Assembly (NCBI GenBank): GCA_025594325.1
Contig: JANHCV010000005.1
Location: 1,054,001 to 1,118,000, forward strand
Source: Blastocladiella emersonii ATCC 22665
Taxonomy: Eukaryota; Fungi; Blastocladiomycota
Reading direction: 5' to 3'
Length of the DNA stretch: 64,000 bases
The translations under genes were made by a program, and so were the position numbers. Below the pieces are notes generated by a model. That model saw nothing but the letters and a program-made list of their open reading frames with translations. It did no database searches and was not told the DNA's origin. This document shows, in pieces, positions 37,666-49,571 of the stretch (within the stretch, counting starts at the first letter, position 1; every line of letters starts with the position of its first letter).

Positions 37666-37751
37666 GAGACAACGAAATTGTAGAGTTGTAGTAGTATACG
37701 AATGCAGGGGAGGGAGGGGAGAGACTAAGGGAGACACACAAGATACCGATC

Positions 37752-40726
37752 TTACTCGAGAGCGACCTCGGTCACGGCCGTGATCTTAGCGAGGAGCTCG
37801 GGCGTGACAGCGTCAACCGTGGCGAGCTCGACCATGATGGCGCGCGTGAGCGCGTCGAGCTGCGGGATGTCGACCTTGGAGTCGGCGTAGAACTCCATGA
37901 ACTCGGCCGCGACGAGGTGGTCGACGGCGGCGTCGGCGGCCAGCACGCCCTCGGTGACGGCGAGCGCGAGCGCCTTGCCGAACAGCGTGGCCTGGGCGAC
38001 CTTGGAGTCGAAGATGACGTTGACCGAGTGCGAGATGATCGGGGCGGCGTACTTGGCGTACTTCTTGAGGTCGTCGACAAACTCGGTCGCCTCCTTGGAC
38101 GACAGCAGGTTGGCCACGATCGCCTTGGACTTGGCGGCCACCTCGTCCTCGGTGAGCTCGATCTCGGCGACGGGCGCGGGGGCAGGCGCAGCGGCCTCCT
38201 CCTTGGCCTCCTCCTCGGCAGCCTCCTCCTCGACCTCGGCCTCGGCCTCCTCCTCCTCCGACTGCGGCTCGGCCTCGGCCTGGTTGAGCATGTCGAAGAT
38301 GTTGATGGGCTTAGGCTTGGCGGCCTCCTTGGCGGCGCGCGAGCCCTGGGCGGGGGCGGGGCCCTGGCGGCGGTTGCCGCCCTGGTTCCCACCACGACGA
38401 TCGCCACCGCGCTGCTGCGACTGCTGCGCCTGCTGCGACTGCTGCTGGTTGCCGCCGCGCTGGCCGCCGCGGGACGACGACGGGCGGGACGCGTTGTTGT
38501 TGTTACGGGCCTGGCCGCGCGACGACTGCGACGGCGACTGGATCCAGCCGTCGTTGTCGGCGGCGGGAGCGGGGGAGGCGCCGGAGGCCGAGGACGCGGG
38601 CGAGGCGTTGAGCTGGCCGCGGCGGTCGGAGCCACCGGTGTTGGAGCGCGTGGGGGCGTTGCGGTTGCTACCGGCGGGTCCGCGGGCCGACTGGGTGCGC
38701 ACGTCCATGGACGAGAAGGCCATGACCTGCTTGCCGCGCGACTGGGTGCCCTGGCCGGGGATCACGTACTCCTTGTTCCAGCGCGACGCGCGGAGGTCGA
38801 GGAGGTCGGCAATGGCGAACTTGACGCGCGAGATGAGCAGCTCGGCCTGCTCGGTGACCTGGGTCAGGGTCTCGAACCACGCGTCGACCATGTCGGCCTC
38901 GAGCGACTTCTCGAGGTAGACGCCAATGGTGGTCAGGAGCATGATGACGCACTCAATGTCCTCCTCCTTGGCGGCCGCCGGGTCGGCGGTGGGCAGCAGC
39001 TGGGCAATGATCATGGAGATGATCTTCTTGGAGATGATGCCCGAGTTGTAGAGCTCAGCGACGAAGCGCATGTTGCCGAGGGCCTTGGTCTTGATCTTGA
39101 CAATCTCCTCAAACTCCTCCTCGGTGATCTTGCCCTGCGACTTGTGCGACCACATGGGGCGGGTCTCGAACTGGTGCTGGCACGCGGCGATGACCGTCTT
39201 GCGGATGAACTGGGTGTTGTCGCGCTTGGCCGCCTCGGACGTCTCGTCGGCCGTCTCGGGCACGGGCGCGTTCTGGCAGAAGTAGAGCGTGAGGCGCGCG
39301 TACAGCGACGCGTACTTGGGCTCCTCGAACGACTTGCGCACGAGCAGCTCGGAGACGGCCTTGAGCGCCGTCGGGAACTTGGCCTTGAACAGGAACTGCA
39401 CCTTGAGCTTGTCAAAGTTCTCGGGCGACATCTTGTTGAGCAGGCCGCGCATCTTCTTGACCATGGCCTGCACGTACGCGTCCTCCTCCTCGGGCAGCTC
39501 CTTCTTGTCCGTCTTGTTGAGCTCGGGGACCCAGGCCGTCTCCGACTTCTCGAGCGGCTTGAGGTCCTCGGGCAGGAGCTCGACGCCGCGCGCGCCCATG
39601 ACGCCGCGGCGCGACTGGCCGCGGCTCGACTCGGACGCGTTGGCCATGCCGCCCTCGGGGCGGTCGCCCGACGGCGTGCCGGCGTTGTTGCGCGGGCCGC
39701 CGCGCGTCGAGCCACGGGTGCTGCCGGCGCGCGAGCCGGGGCCCGAGCGGTCGCCACCACCGTTGCGGTCGCCGCCACGGCGGTCGCCACCGCGCTCGGA
39801 GCGCTCGCCGCGAGGGCCGTCGCGCGCACCACGGCCGCCACGGCCGGAACGAGCACCGCCGCGCGACGAGGCGTCGTCGGCGGAGCGGCGCTGCATCTTG
39901 GACACGACGTCGAGGTTGGCGAGCGCCGGCATGGGCTCGGCCGGGTTGCGGAGCGCAAGCATCTGGGTCTTGGTGTAGCGCACAATGTCGTCGGTGGTGT
40001 GCAGGGCCTCGTCGTCGCTGATCTCGCCCTCCTCCTTGTCGTCCTCGGCGGCGACGGGGGTGGCGGGGGCAGCGGCGGCAGCAGCGGGGGCGGCATCGCG
40101 GGCCGGCGAAGCAGCACGAGCGGGGCTAGCGGCACGGGCCGGCGACGCAGCGCGGGCCGGGCTGGCAGCGCGAGCGGGCGAGGCGGCGCGCTTGGGGGCC
40201 TGGATGGGGATGGCCTTGCTCTCGCGGTGGATGGCGCGCTCGGCGAGCTCGGACGCCTCGGCCTGCACCTGCTCCTTGGCGGGCGACGCCGTGGCGCTCA
40301 GCGCGCGCACATCGACCTCCTCGTTGGTGGCCGGGTTGCGCAGCGTCACCTTGACGGGCGTGCGCGAGGCTACGTGAGGGGTCGGGTGTCAGTGAGTGAC
40401 GAGCGGTGGCGGCCGGCCGGATCAGGCCAGCAAACAAACACGGCGAGCATGACATACGCGACGCAGCGCGGGCCGGCGAGGCGGCGCGGGGCTACGAGTG
40501 AAATCGAGTCGTTAGCGTCACCAAGTCGAAGCGCGCGGCGCGGGTCGTGACATACGGCGGCAGCGGGCGGGTTCGACGGCATGGCGGGGACCGGAACGGG
40601 AGGGAGCGGCGGGACGACAGCGGCGGAGACGGCGTCCGAGGAGCGGCTCTTGGAACGACGGCGGGACTTTGACCGGCGCCGGTTGTTGCTTTGGGGGGAC
40701 GAGGACGGAGAGGGCGAGCTGGTCAT
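37752..40726 (-). CDS. eIF4G: Eukaryotic translation initiation factor 4G, 940 aa; exons 40556-40726, 40458-40491, 37752-40369
   Basis: MIF4G domain (KKMRGLLNKMSPENFDKL, EPKYASLYARL, GNMRFVAELY, SRVKFAIADLLDLR) and an eIF4E-binding-like YTKTQML. Two GTATGT..TAG introns restore the frame (2823 nt total). Confidence 0.93.
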
Positions 40727-41154
40727 GGCGGATCGCGGGCAGGCTGGGCAGGGCAGCGGGCACGGAGGGCAGAGCGGGCTGGGTGCGCAGCAGCGAGGGA
40801 GACGGTCTGAAACTTGCTTTCGCGCTCTCCCCTCCACAACTGACTAATCCTCACCTCTCCCCTTTCCCTTGGTCCTCACCAGTTTCTCCTCGCCGATCCT
40901 CGAGTGATCGCCCTCTCAGTCAATATACCGCGTCATAATTAATGAAATCGATAATCGGCCCACAAAAGCAGGTGGCGCGTCCGTCACGCGATGGTCACGC
41001 GACGCGTCGCGAGGGGCCGACGCGTGGCTCGCACGTGCCTTGCCGCTGAGCGACGCGACTTTTTCGTCTCGGTCGCGCGCTCATCCTCCGCGCCCTCCTC
41101 CTCCGCTCGTAAATCGAGTACATGCATCAAAGTGAATCTCATGCATCCAGCGCC

Positions 41155-44100
41155 ATGAGCGGCGCCATCCCGATCCACGACCGCCTGCTCGTCGAGTCGT
41201 GCGAGGCCCTGCTCGCGTTCCTCGCCGACGTGCTCGCGTCGCGGTCGGCGCTGTACGACGACGCCAACCTGCGCTGCCTGCACGCCACGCTGCCCGCCCT
41301 GTGCACCGCCCTCTTTGGCTCGGCCCGCTCGCTGTACGCGCACCCCCACAATGACTCCCTGCACGGCTACCCCTGACCGCCATCCCCTCCACCACAGAGG
41401 ATGGATCCACCGCAACCTGCCGCCCGAGCACGAGCGCGCCGTCATGGCCCTGCTGCTGCCCTCGGGCCCGCTCATGGCCGTCCTGCTCGAGCACGCCGCC
41501 AACCGCGACTGGCTCTACCAGGTCGACGCCCTGCGCCTGCCCGACGCGACCGCCGCCCTGCTCGCCGCCGGCAAGCTTGATGAACTGCCCGACCTCTACC
41601 GCGGCCGCGTCCACGTCCCGCCCGGCATTGACGTGCTCGCCCGCCTCTCCGCCGACTACGCCCTCGCCGGCCACTACGCCGCCGGACCCGGGTCGCCCGT
41701 CGCCGTCACCTTAAATATGTTCGAGTTCTTCACCTTCTACTTTTGCTGGGCTCTTGTCGGTGGCCGATCCACCCTCGGCACCGCCGCCGCGACCCACGCT
41801 AGGGGGTCGCCTACCACGCCGACCGCCGCCACGTCGCACGCGTTCGCCGCCGCGCAGGGCATCCCGAACCCGCCCGGCACTGCTACGGCCATGCCACCAC
41901 CGCAGCAGCAGCAGCCGCCGCGCCCGTACGGCGGCTACCCCGGCCCGCGCCCGCTACCCGCGCGGCCTGGTGTCGTCGGCGGTGCGACGTACCCAACCGT
42001 CAACGCGACCGGTGCCGGCCCGACCCCGCTGTACCCGCAGCCGCAGCTGCCCATCGGCCCCGCCCGCATCGCGCCCTGGTACACGCGCCTGCTGCAGTGT
42101 TACCTCGCCTACTTTATCCCGACCTCGATCGCCACCCAGCCCGAGCCGCGCCAGTCCCCGCGCTCCTACTCGCCGACGTTTGGGAATGACGGCGCCACCG
42201 CTGAGCCCGCCGCGAGTACGCCAATGTCGCCGCTCAAGTACCTAAACGAAATGTCGCGCCGCATGTTCCAGCGCCGCGGCAGCACCACGGGGCCCGCGCC
42301 CGCTGGCGCTTCTGCAAATGCGCCCGCCGGAAAGCTCGCGGCGAACCCGGCCCTCGCGGATTTCGGGCTCGGCCGGTTCCACGTCTTTGTCCCGCTCGCT
42401 GCCGGGATAGCGGCGGCGGCCGAGAACGGGTTCGGGGCTGCGGACGCGTTGTCGTCGTCGTCGATCCGGCGACCCTCGGCATCTGGTTCTACGGCGGCCG
42501 AGTACCCCGCCGCGGCGCTCTCGGCGGGCATGCTCGCGTCCGCGCGCTCCTCGTCCTTTTACGGCGGCCTGCCCGTCTCCGCTGCGGCCCCGTCCGCCGC
42601 CACGGCCACGCTGACGCCCATTGCCGCGGCGGCCGCGTCGTCGTGGGAAGCCGAGCGGCTCGCGTGCTCGCAGTTCTTTGTCGAGTGTATCGTCGAATGC
42701 TGGCTCGGGCAGTCCGACTACGGCGCGCGCGCCTTCAAGCCCGTCCCCGTCGACGTGCTCAAGGCGCTCGCCGACGTGGTCGACCACGTCGCGGTCCCCG
42801 AGCTCCTCGAGTGCCTCCACTCACACGTCCCGACCCAGGTCCTCAACCTGTCCCGCATCGAGATGCCGTCGCGCGACCAGTTTGGCCAGATGGCGCTCAA
42901 GAACGCGTACCTGATGCTCGGCGCGCCGCTGTACCGCTTCCTGACACTGGCGCTGACACATGCGCCCGTCGCCGACAAGTCCCTGCACTACGCGGTCACC
43001 GTGTGGACACGGTGGCTGACGCCGATTCCGCCGCAGCTGTGGACCGCCCCGCCGCCCGGACCCGACATGCCCGGCGACGCGTACCACCACGCGTCGTCGG
43101 TTTCGGAGGTATCCCATTACCGCGGCCAGGCCGACGCCGACGCCGTGGAGCCCTTCGTCATCGACAACCTCGCCGCGTACACGCGCCTGCTCGCCGTGTT
43201 CCTCGACCGCGTCCGCCGCGAGTTCCAGCTCGTCGCACCGCGCCCTATCCCGGCGGCTTCGGCGGCCGCCGGCGCCGTGGTCCCGCGGTCCGGCGAGCTC
43301 GGGATTCTGGATACCGTGCTCAACGTGTTTGTCGTGCGGTCGCAACAGCACCCGCACCAGGCCGCGTCACGTCCGATTGCGGCCGTCGTGACGCGCCGCC
43401 CGCGCTCGCCGTCGACCGGCGCACAGTTCAACTGGAAACCCGCGCACCGCGCGTCCACTTCCCCGCCGCGCACCGCGGGCCCCGAACCCAGTGCGGCCCG
43501 CGGCGACTGCGCGCCGTCGCACTACCTCGGCACCGTCCTCCAGCTCGAGTCGCTCCTGTGCAACGTGCCCTCGTCGCGCGCGCGGTGGGACCACCCGAAC
43601 ACGATCGTGTCGGCGCTCGCCGTCGGGCTCGCGCGGCTCGAGGGGAATGCGCCCAAAGGCGGGCAGCCGGCGGCTGCGGCAGCGGTGTCCAACGTCGCGA
43701 GCCTCCTGTTCGTCCTCGCCGAGCGCACGGGCAAGTCGGACGTCGGGCGCGACGTGCTCGAGCAGATGCTCGAGGCCACGGTCGTCCGCGGCGAGATGTT
43801 GCGGCCGCACAGCCGCGGCGGCTCGCTGCACGTCTCGCCCGAGCGCGCGAACCAGGCGCTCCCCGAACCCCCTGGTACGCCTCGCGCGTCAGCAGCCGCG
43901 CCCGCTGCCGGCGGCATGATTCCGGCCGCCGCGACCGCCGCCATCGCCGAGTACTCGGCCCTTGCGACCGAGTGGGTCAAGTCGACGTTTGACTGGCTCA
44001 CCACCTCTTCCTCCTCCGCCACGACGCCAACGGCCGCGACCTTCCCCGCAACCCCCGCCGCCGCGCGGTCCATGGTCGTCGGTCTCGCCGCGTCGTATTT

Positions 44101-44818
44101 CGCGCCGCGCGCGTCGCCGCTGCAGCTGCAGACGGAGCAGAAGGTGCTGTACCGGCTCGCGCAGGCGCTGGCCTGCCTGCTGCACGTCTCGGACACCGAG
44201 TACCGCGACCTGCAGGCTGCGGCCGAGGCGAGGGTCGCGATGCGCCGGGTTGCGGGTCCCTCTCCAAGTACTTCCACCACGTCGTGGTTCGCGAGCCCGA
44301 CGCGGTCGATCCCCGCGACCCCAAGCGTTCTCCCGCCAAACGTCGACCAGCTCGACATGTCGCACGACCAGCTCCTCGTGTCGTCGGCGGGCCGCATCCA
44401 GCTGCTCGACTCGGCGCGCAAGTGTCCGCCCGTGCCGCGCCTGTACCCCGGCCAGCTCGCGCGCGACCTGTACCACTCGACCGAGCTCCCCGTTTTGGTG
44501 GACCTCGGGTACGCCGTCGCGGACACCGTCGAGGCCGTCCTCCTCCGTGCCGCGCGCGGGGTCCACGCCGCCGCGGAAGGGTGGGAGGACGAGGACCGCG
44601 CGGCCATCTACGCGGGCGTGCTCGCGTGGATCCTGCGGTTGGTCGCGCGCGGACTCGTCGCGGCGGCGGGGCGGCCGCTCAATGTGCGGTGGATCGCCGA
44701 CCGGCGCACGGTCATCTGGGCGGTTGTGATCATGGCCGTATGGTTTGGGGGAGGGCGGTACGTCCTGGCCGCCGCGCTCGGGCTCGCCTTGCTCGTGTGG
44801 TTCTGGCCCTCCGCATAG
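41155..44818 (+). CDS. SMPD4: Sphingomyelin phosphodiesterase 4-like (SMPD4/nSMase3) protein, 1199 aa; intron 41334-41397
   Basis: After splicing it reads LFGS..GW, LLPSGPLM and LNMFEFFTFYF (recalled as resembling SMPD4 IFGS..GW, LDPGGPMM, LNPFEYYIFFF). Late GRIQL..Y.G..STELPVLV and C-terminal hydrophobic segments are also present. Total length 3600 nt. Confidence 0.75.
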
Positions 44819-44852
44819 TTCAATATACCTCCTATTTATTGCCCCCCACATC

Positions 44853-45569
44853 TCACAGCACGCCGCCGCGATGGAACACGTCGAGCACCCCATCCTCAAC
44901 GGGCTCCGCGCTCACCCTGCTCACGACCGCCGCCGCGCGCACCCCCTCGCCCACGCGCGCCAGGATATACTCGTTCACAAACTCGCTCACCGCCTTTGCC
45001 GCATGCATCCCCGCCGCGAGCTTATACGTGACACTGGCCACCGTCGCCGTGAACGCGCCCGCGACGTACACCTGGCCCAGCGTGACCCGCACGTCGCGCA
45101 CGTCGACCGTCGCGCCCGCGATCCGCGCCGTCTGCCGCGCGGTCCACAGGTTGCGCATCGTGGAGACCATCGCGAGCCCGGTACCGAAGGGTGCGGGGAC
45201 CGAGGTTTTGGGGGAGGAAATCCCGTGCGGGTAGACCACGATCCGGTCGTGCTGCGCTGCGGGAACGTCGACTTCGAGGACGTACGCGCGCGCGGCGTCG
45301 CGCTCGGCGCCTTCCGCCGACGTCGTGAGGGAGGTGGAGGGGGAGAGCGCAGAGGCGAGGCGCGGGACGGGCCGAAAGACGTGGATGTGCACGTTGGACC
45401 GCGCGACGGTCGTCGTGGACGGCGGGACCGCGGACTTGAGCGCGTCGAGCAGGTGGTCGACGAGGTTTGGGTCAATGGAGGGCAGGAGCACCACGCACGA
45501 CGGCGGGCCGAGCGCTGCCGTTGGTGGGTCAGCGGCGGCCGTGTCGGATGATGGTGACGCGTGTGTCAT
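44853..45569 (-). CDS. MED20: Probable Mediator subunit Med20 (Srb2)-like protein, 238 aa
   Basis: True ATG and coding-like codon bias. MRNLWTARQTARIAGATVDVRDVRVTLGQV resembles the Med20 core motif. Confidence 0.62.
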   Translation of the reverse strand: MTHASPSSDTAAADPPTAALGPPSCVVLLPSIDPNLVDHLLDALKSAVPPSTTTVARSNVHIHVFRPVPRLASALSPSTSLTTSAEGAERDAARAYVLEVDVPAAQHDRIVVYPHGISSPKTSVPAPFGTGLAMVSTMRNLWTARQTARIAGATVDVRDVRVTLGQVYVAGAFTATVASVTYKLAAGMHAAKAVSEFVNEYILARVGEGVRAAAVVSRVSAEPVEDGVLDVFHRGGVL

Positions 45570-45740
45570 CTTAGAGGCTCAGGCGTCAGCTTAGTCGAGT
45601 GCATCAAGTTATCGAGGGCATACATGGAAGCGTGGGGGGTACAGCGTGCAGGGAACGAGAGGAGAGAGAGGGGATGAATAGACAAAACACGGCACGACAC
45701 GGCGACGCGACGCGACGCTCAAACAAAGACACAAACCAAC

Positions 45741-47496
45741 TTAGTGCGACGGGCCAAAGTTGAACCCCGACGGCGGCGCGTTGGTGTTAGCGTTGAACCC
45801 GACGAACCCCTGGTCGTCGGTGGCCGCGCCCGCACCGGCCATGACGTCGGCATCGTCGGCGTCGGGATCAAAGTACTCTTCGAGGATGCGGTACACCTTG
45901 GCGTAGATTTCCTGGTTCTCGTGGTCCTGGAGCTGGAACAGGCGGTCGGCGCCGCCGGCGGCCTCGATGATGGCCACGTACGGGTTGACGGCCTCGGCGG
46001 TTGACTGCGCGTACATGCGGCCGACCTTGAGAATGTTCTCGAGGGCGTCGAGGGCGACGTGGATCGTCTTGTTGTCCATGCACCCGAGCAGGTCCGACAG
46101 GGGCTTGATGATGCCCTGGTTGACCAGGTACTGGATCTGCTGCGGGAACTCGAGCCCCGACGAGGTGGCGTTGGACAGCGCCCAGCACGCCTCCTTCTTG
46201 GTCTTGAACTCGCCCGACTCGAGCAGGTGCACGAGCGGCGGGATCAGGTTCGCGTCAATCACCTGCTGGATCTGCTGCCCCGTGCCCGCCGTGATGTTGG
46301 ACAGCGTCCAGCACGCCTCCTTGCGCAGGGACTCGCGCGGCGAGTACAGCAGCGGCAGGAGCCCCGCGAGCATGTTGCAGTTGAGGACGATCTGGGTCTG
46401 GTAGTCGTCGCCCGTGACAATGTTGCCGACGGCGCGCAGGGCCGGGGTCTGGACCGAGACAGCCGGGTGGCCGAGCAGATCGACGAGGCGGCGGCACACG
46501 CCCGTGTCGATGACGGCCTGGATCTTGACGTTGGACCCGTCCGAGAGGTACGAGAGCGCCCAGGCCGCGTCGGTGAGCACCTCCTCGTCGTGCGAGTAGA
46601 GGAGCTTGGCGAGCGTCGGAAGCGCAATCTTGATCGTGTCCCAGTCGGGGACGGGGTTCTTGCCGCGGCACAGGTTGGACAGGGCCCAGGTCGCGTTGCG
46701 GAGGAGCGAGGCCTTGTTGACCGACTCGTTGAGCAGCTCGAGCAGGTTGGGCATGATGCCGTGCTGCAGGACCACGTCGCGGTACACGGGCGAGTCGCCG
46801 GCAATGTTGCCGAGCGCCCACACGGCCTGCTCGCGCACGTCCGACACGGGCGACCGCAGCAGGTCAATGAAGTAGGGGATGGCGCCCGAGTTGATCACCT
46901 CCTGCGTCTGCTCCGACGTGCCCGACGCAATGTTGGTCAGCGCCCACGCCGCCTCGAACTGCAGCTGCGGGTCCTCGGCGCGCAGGAACTCGACGAAGCG
47001 CGGGACGACGCCGCACTGGATCACCTCCTGGATGGGTGGGGAGCGCTCTGGTTTGGGGGACAGGGGAGTGAGTGGTTGCCGAGGGGTAGGCAAGAAGCGA
47101 GATGAGTACCGCGCGAGAGCAGGCGGCGGAACTGGGTGGTGGCCTCGACCTGCTGGTCGGGCGCGTTGCCGAAGACGGCGGCGGTGAGGGCCTGGAGCTG
47201 CTCGGGGAGCTGTTGCGTGACACGGCGTCAGTAGGCGAATCGAGCATCGTCCCAAGAGATCAACGTACGGGGCCAGAGTAGGCCACGCCGTCCTCGTCGT
47301 CGAGCGCGTCGTCGAGGCCCGACCCGCGGTGCAGGTTGCGGCGCTTGGCCAGGTTCTCCTCGCGCTTCTGGCGGCGGATCTCCACCTGCTGCTCGCCGCG
47401 GCGGCGCCGCAGGTCGTCCTGCTTGAACGCGCCGCGGTTCTTGTACGTGGCCGCGCGCTCGGACGTCTTGTCGGCAGCGGAACCGGAGCCCTTCAT
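45741..47496 (-). CDS. SRP1: Importin alpha (karyopherin alpha), 544 aa; exons 47269-47496, 47110-47209, 45741-47047
   Basis: IBB domain ([27 protein letters not shown]) and ARM repeats ([38 protein letters not shown]). Two canonical introns restore the frame (1635 nt). Confidence 0.97.
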
Positions 47497-47828
47497 GGTT
47501 GCGTTTGGTTGCGGTCGATGCGGGTCAGACGCGTGCGCGCGAACTGTGAGGGGGAGAGAGGGGATCGGGGCGGGGGGGCGTGCGAGCAGCCAGCAGTCGC
47601 AGCGACTCGATGGATGGATGCCGACCGAAGCGAGCGCAGCAGCGAGCAAAAATGGCCACCGCGCGGCAAGCGAAAAGAAAATCGGGCGCCGACGAGCATC
47701 GCGTGACGGCGCATGATTCGCACGCTCTCCTGACCTCCCCTCTTTTTCAGTCGCGTCTATCAATCAAAAATGTATCGAGACTTGATGCAATGCACACACA
47801 CACACAAAACTGTTGAGAGACAGCGCGC

Positions 47829-49298
47829 TTAGAGAAGCATCGCCATCGCCGTGACCACGACCGCGACCGCCGACACCCCCACCATCTCGGCACCCGACGC
47901 GGCCGCCGCGGGCGGCTGGAACGCGGACCCGACGTTGTGGCGGGGCACCGTGAGGTCCGCGGTATCGTTCTTGGCGATCTTGTCGGCGACCTGGTCGAGG
48001 ACGCCGGCTGTCGAGTTGGTGATGGCCGCGATCGCCGTGGCGTTCCCGCCAAAGTTCATCTGCAGCCAGGCGGACGGGATCCCCGACGGCTGCTGCGGGT
48101 TGACCTCGTCGGGGAACGGGCTGTCGGCGTACGAGTAGCACCAGTCGGCCGTGCGCTCGAGCGAGCCCGCCGGCACGTTCCACGGCACCAGGTTCTCGCT
48201 CGGCTGCGGGTACTTGACGCCCGGGTTGATCTCCTCGAAGTACAGCTGGAAGTGCTTGTCGACCTACACGTTCTCGGACGTCGTTAGAGCGGCTCCTACG
48301 CGTTACACGGGTGAGAAATCGCACCGCGCAATGGTGAATCCAGAACATCGGCGAGCTGGGCGACGCCATCACGGACATGATCCCGCCGACCGCGACGTGC
48401 GGGTTGCCGTGCATCTGGGCCTCGTAGCGGGACCGGAACTCGGAGTAGGTCGGCGACCCGCGCATCAGGCCGACGACAAACTGGATGGCCGCGAGCCGCG
48501 ACGGCGACCACGCGTGCTGCACGCACGCCCCGCCCGACTGCCGCGTGTTCCACCCGGCGAACGCGCCGTCCGTGATGCATCCGGCGCGCGGGCTGCCGAG
48601 CCGCGCGGGGGTGAAGGCCGGGTGCGCGCGGTAGTTCTGCGACGTCCGCGCCCAGTCCCAGTACGGCACGCACACGCTCGGGTCGATTTTCTGCAGCGTC
48701 TGCTCGAAGCGAGCGAGGAAGTACCGGTGCCACATGGCGAACGCGTCGACGCCGTGCGCGTTGGGCTACATGTCTCGCGATTTAGTATTCTTGCTTGGTA
48801 CACCGCAACCAGAGTACGTACCGTGTAGTCGAGATGCTCCTGGACCAGCTTCTCGTACGCCGTCATCTGCCCGCCGCCCTGCCCCTGGTTGAGCTGCTTG
48901 ACAGCCGCAACGTAGCGGTTCCACTCGTCCGTCGTCATCGCCGACACCTCCTTGCGCACGCACCGGCGCGCACACTGCCCGCGGACAGGGACCGCGAGCT
49001 GGATGTTGAGCGGCGCGACGTTCCCGTTGGTCGGCTGTGGCGCCGGCGAAACCGCCGTCGACGAGGTAGGGACCGTGCGGGACGTGGTGACGCCCGCCGC
49101 GGTCGAGGTCGACGAGGCACTGGTGGTGGGACGCGGACCGCCCGTGGTCGTCGGGGCGGGGTCGCCGCCCGAGGCCGAGGAAGAGGTGGGCGAGGGCGAT
49201 GGCGCGGGCGCCTGCGGCGCGGCAAAGGCCGCAGCGGTGCTGGCCAGTAGGACGAGGACCAGGATCGCGAGCAGCGACGTCTTCTTGCGTGCGGTCAT
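47829..49298 (-). CDS. Secreted, probably GPI-anchored tyrosinase/di-copper protein, 450 aa; exons 48822-49298, 48325-48765, 47829-48263
   Basis: Signal peptide, S/T/P-rich stalk and C..CVRKE. CuA His residues (EHL, NAHG, WHR), PYWDW, CuB (HGNPH, SPMFWIHHCA|VD) and a hydrophobic C-terminal tail. Two phase-0 introns. Confidence 0.9.
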
Positions 49299-49571
49299 TC
49301 TACGGTATCTAGCGGGTCTATGAGGGATTTGAGGCCGCGAAGGAGAGGAGAGAGCAAGGGTTGATCCCTGAGCGGACGATGCGGCGTGTGGCGGCGTCTG
49401 AGTGGCGAAACAGGGTAACGCCCGCGTGGGGCCACCGCCTGCTTCCCACGACCGCCGACCATCCATCACCGCCTCCATCAACAACGAACGACCAGGCCAG
49501 CGTGGGCAGAGAGCACAGAAAGAATACATCGAAAATAAAACGCAAAACTAAGAACCCACCATCATCACAGC

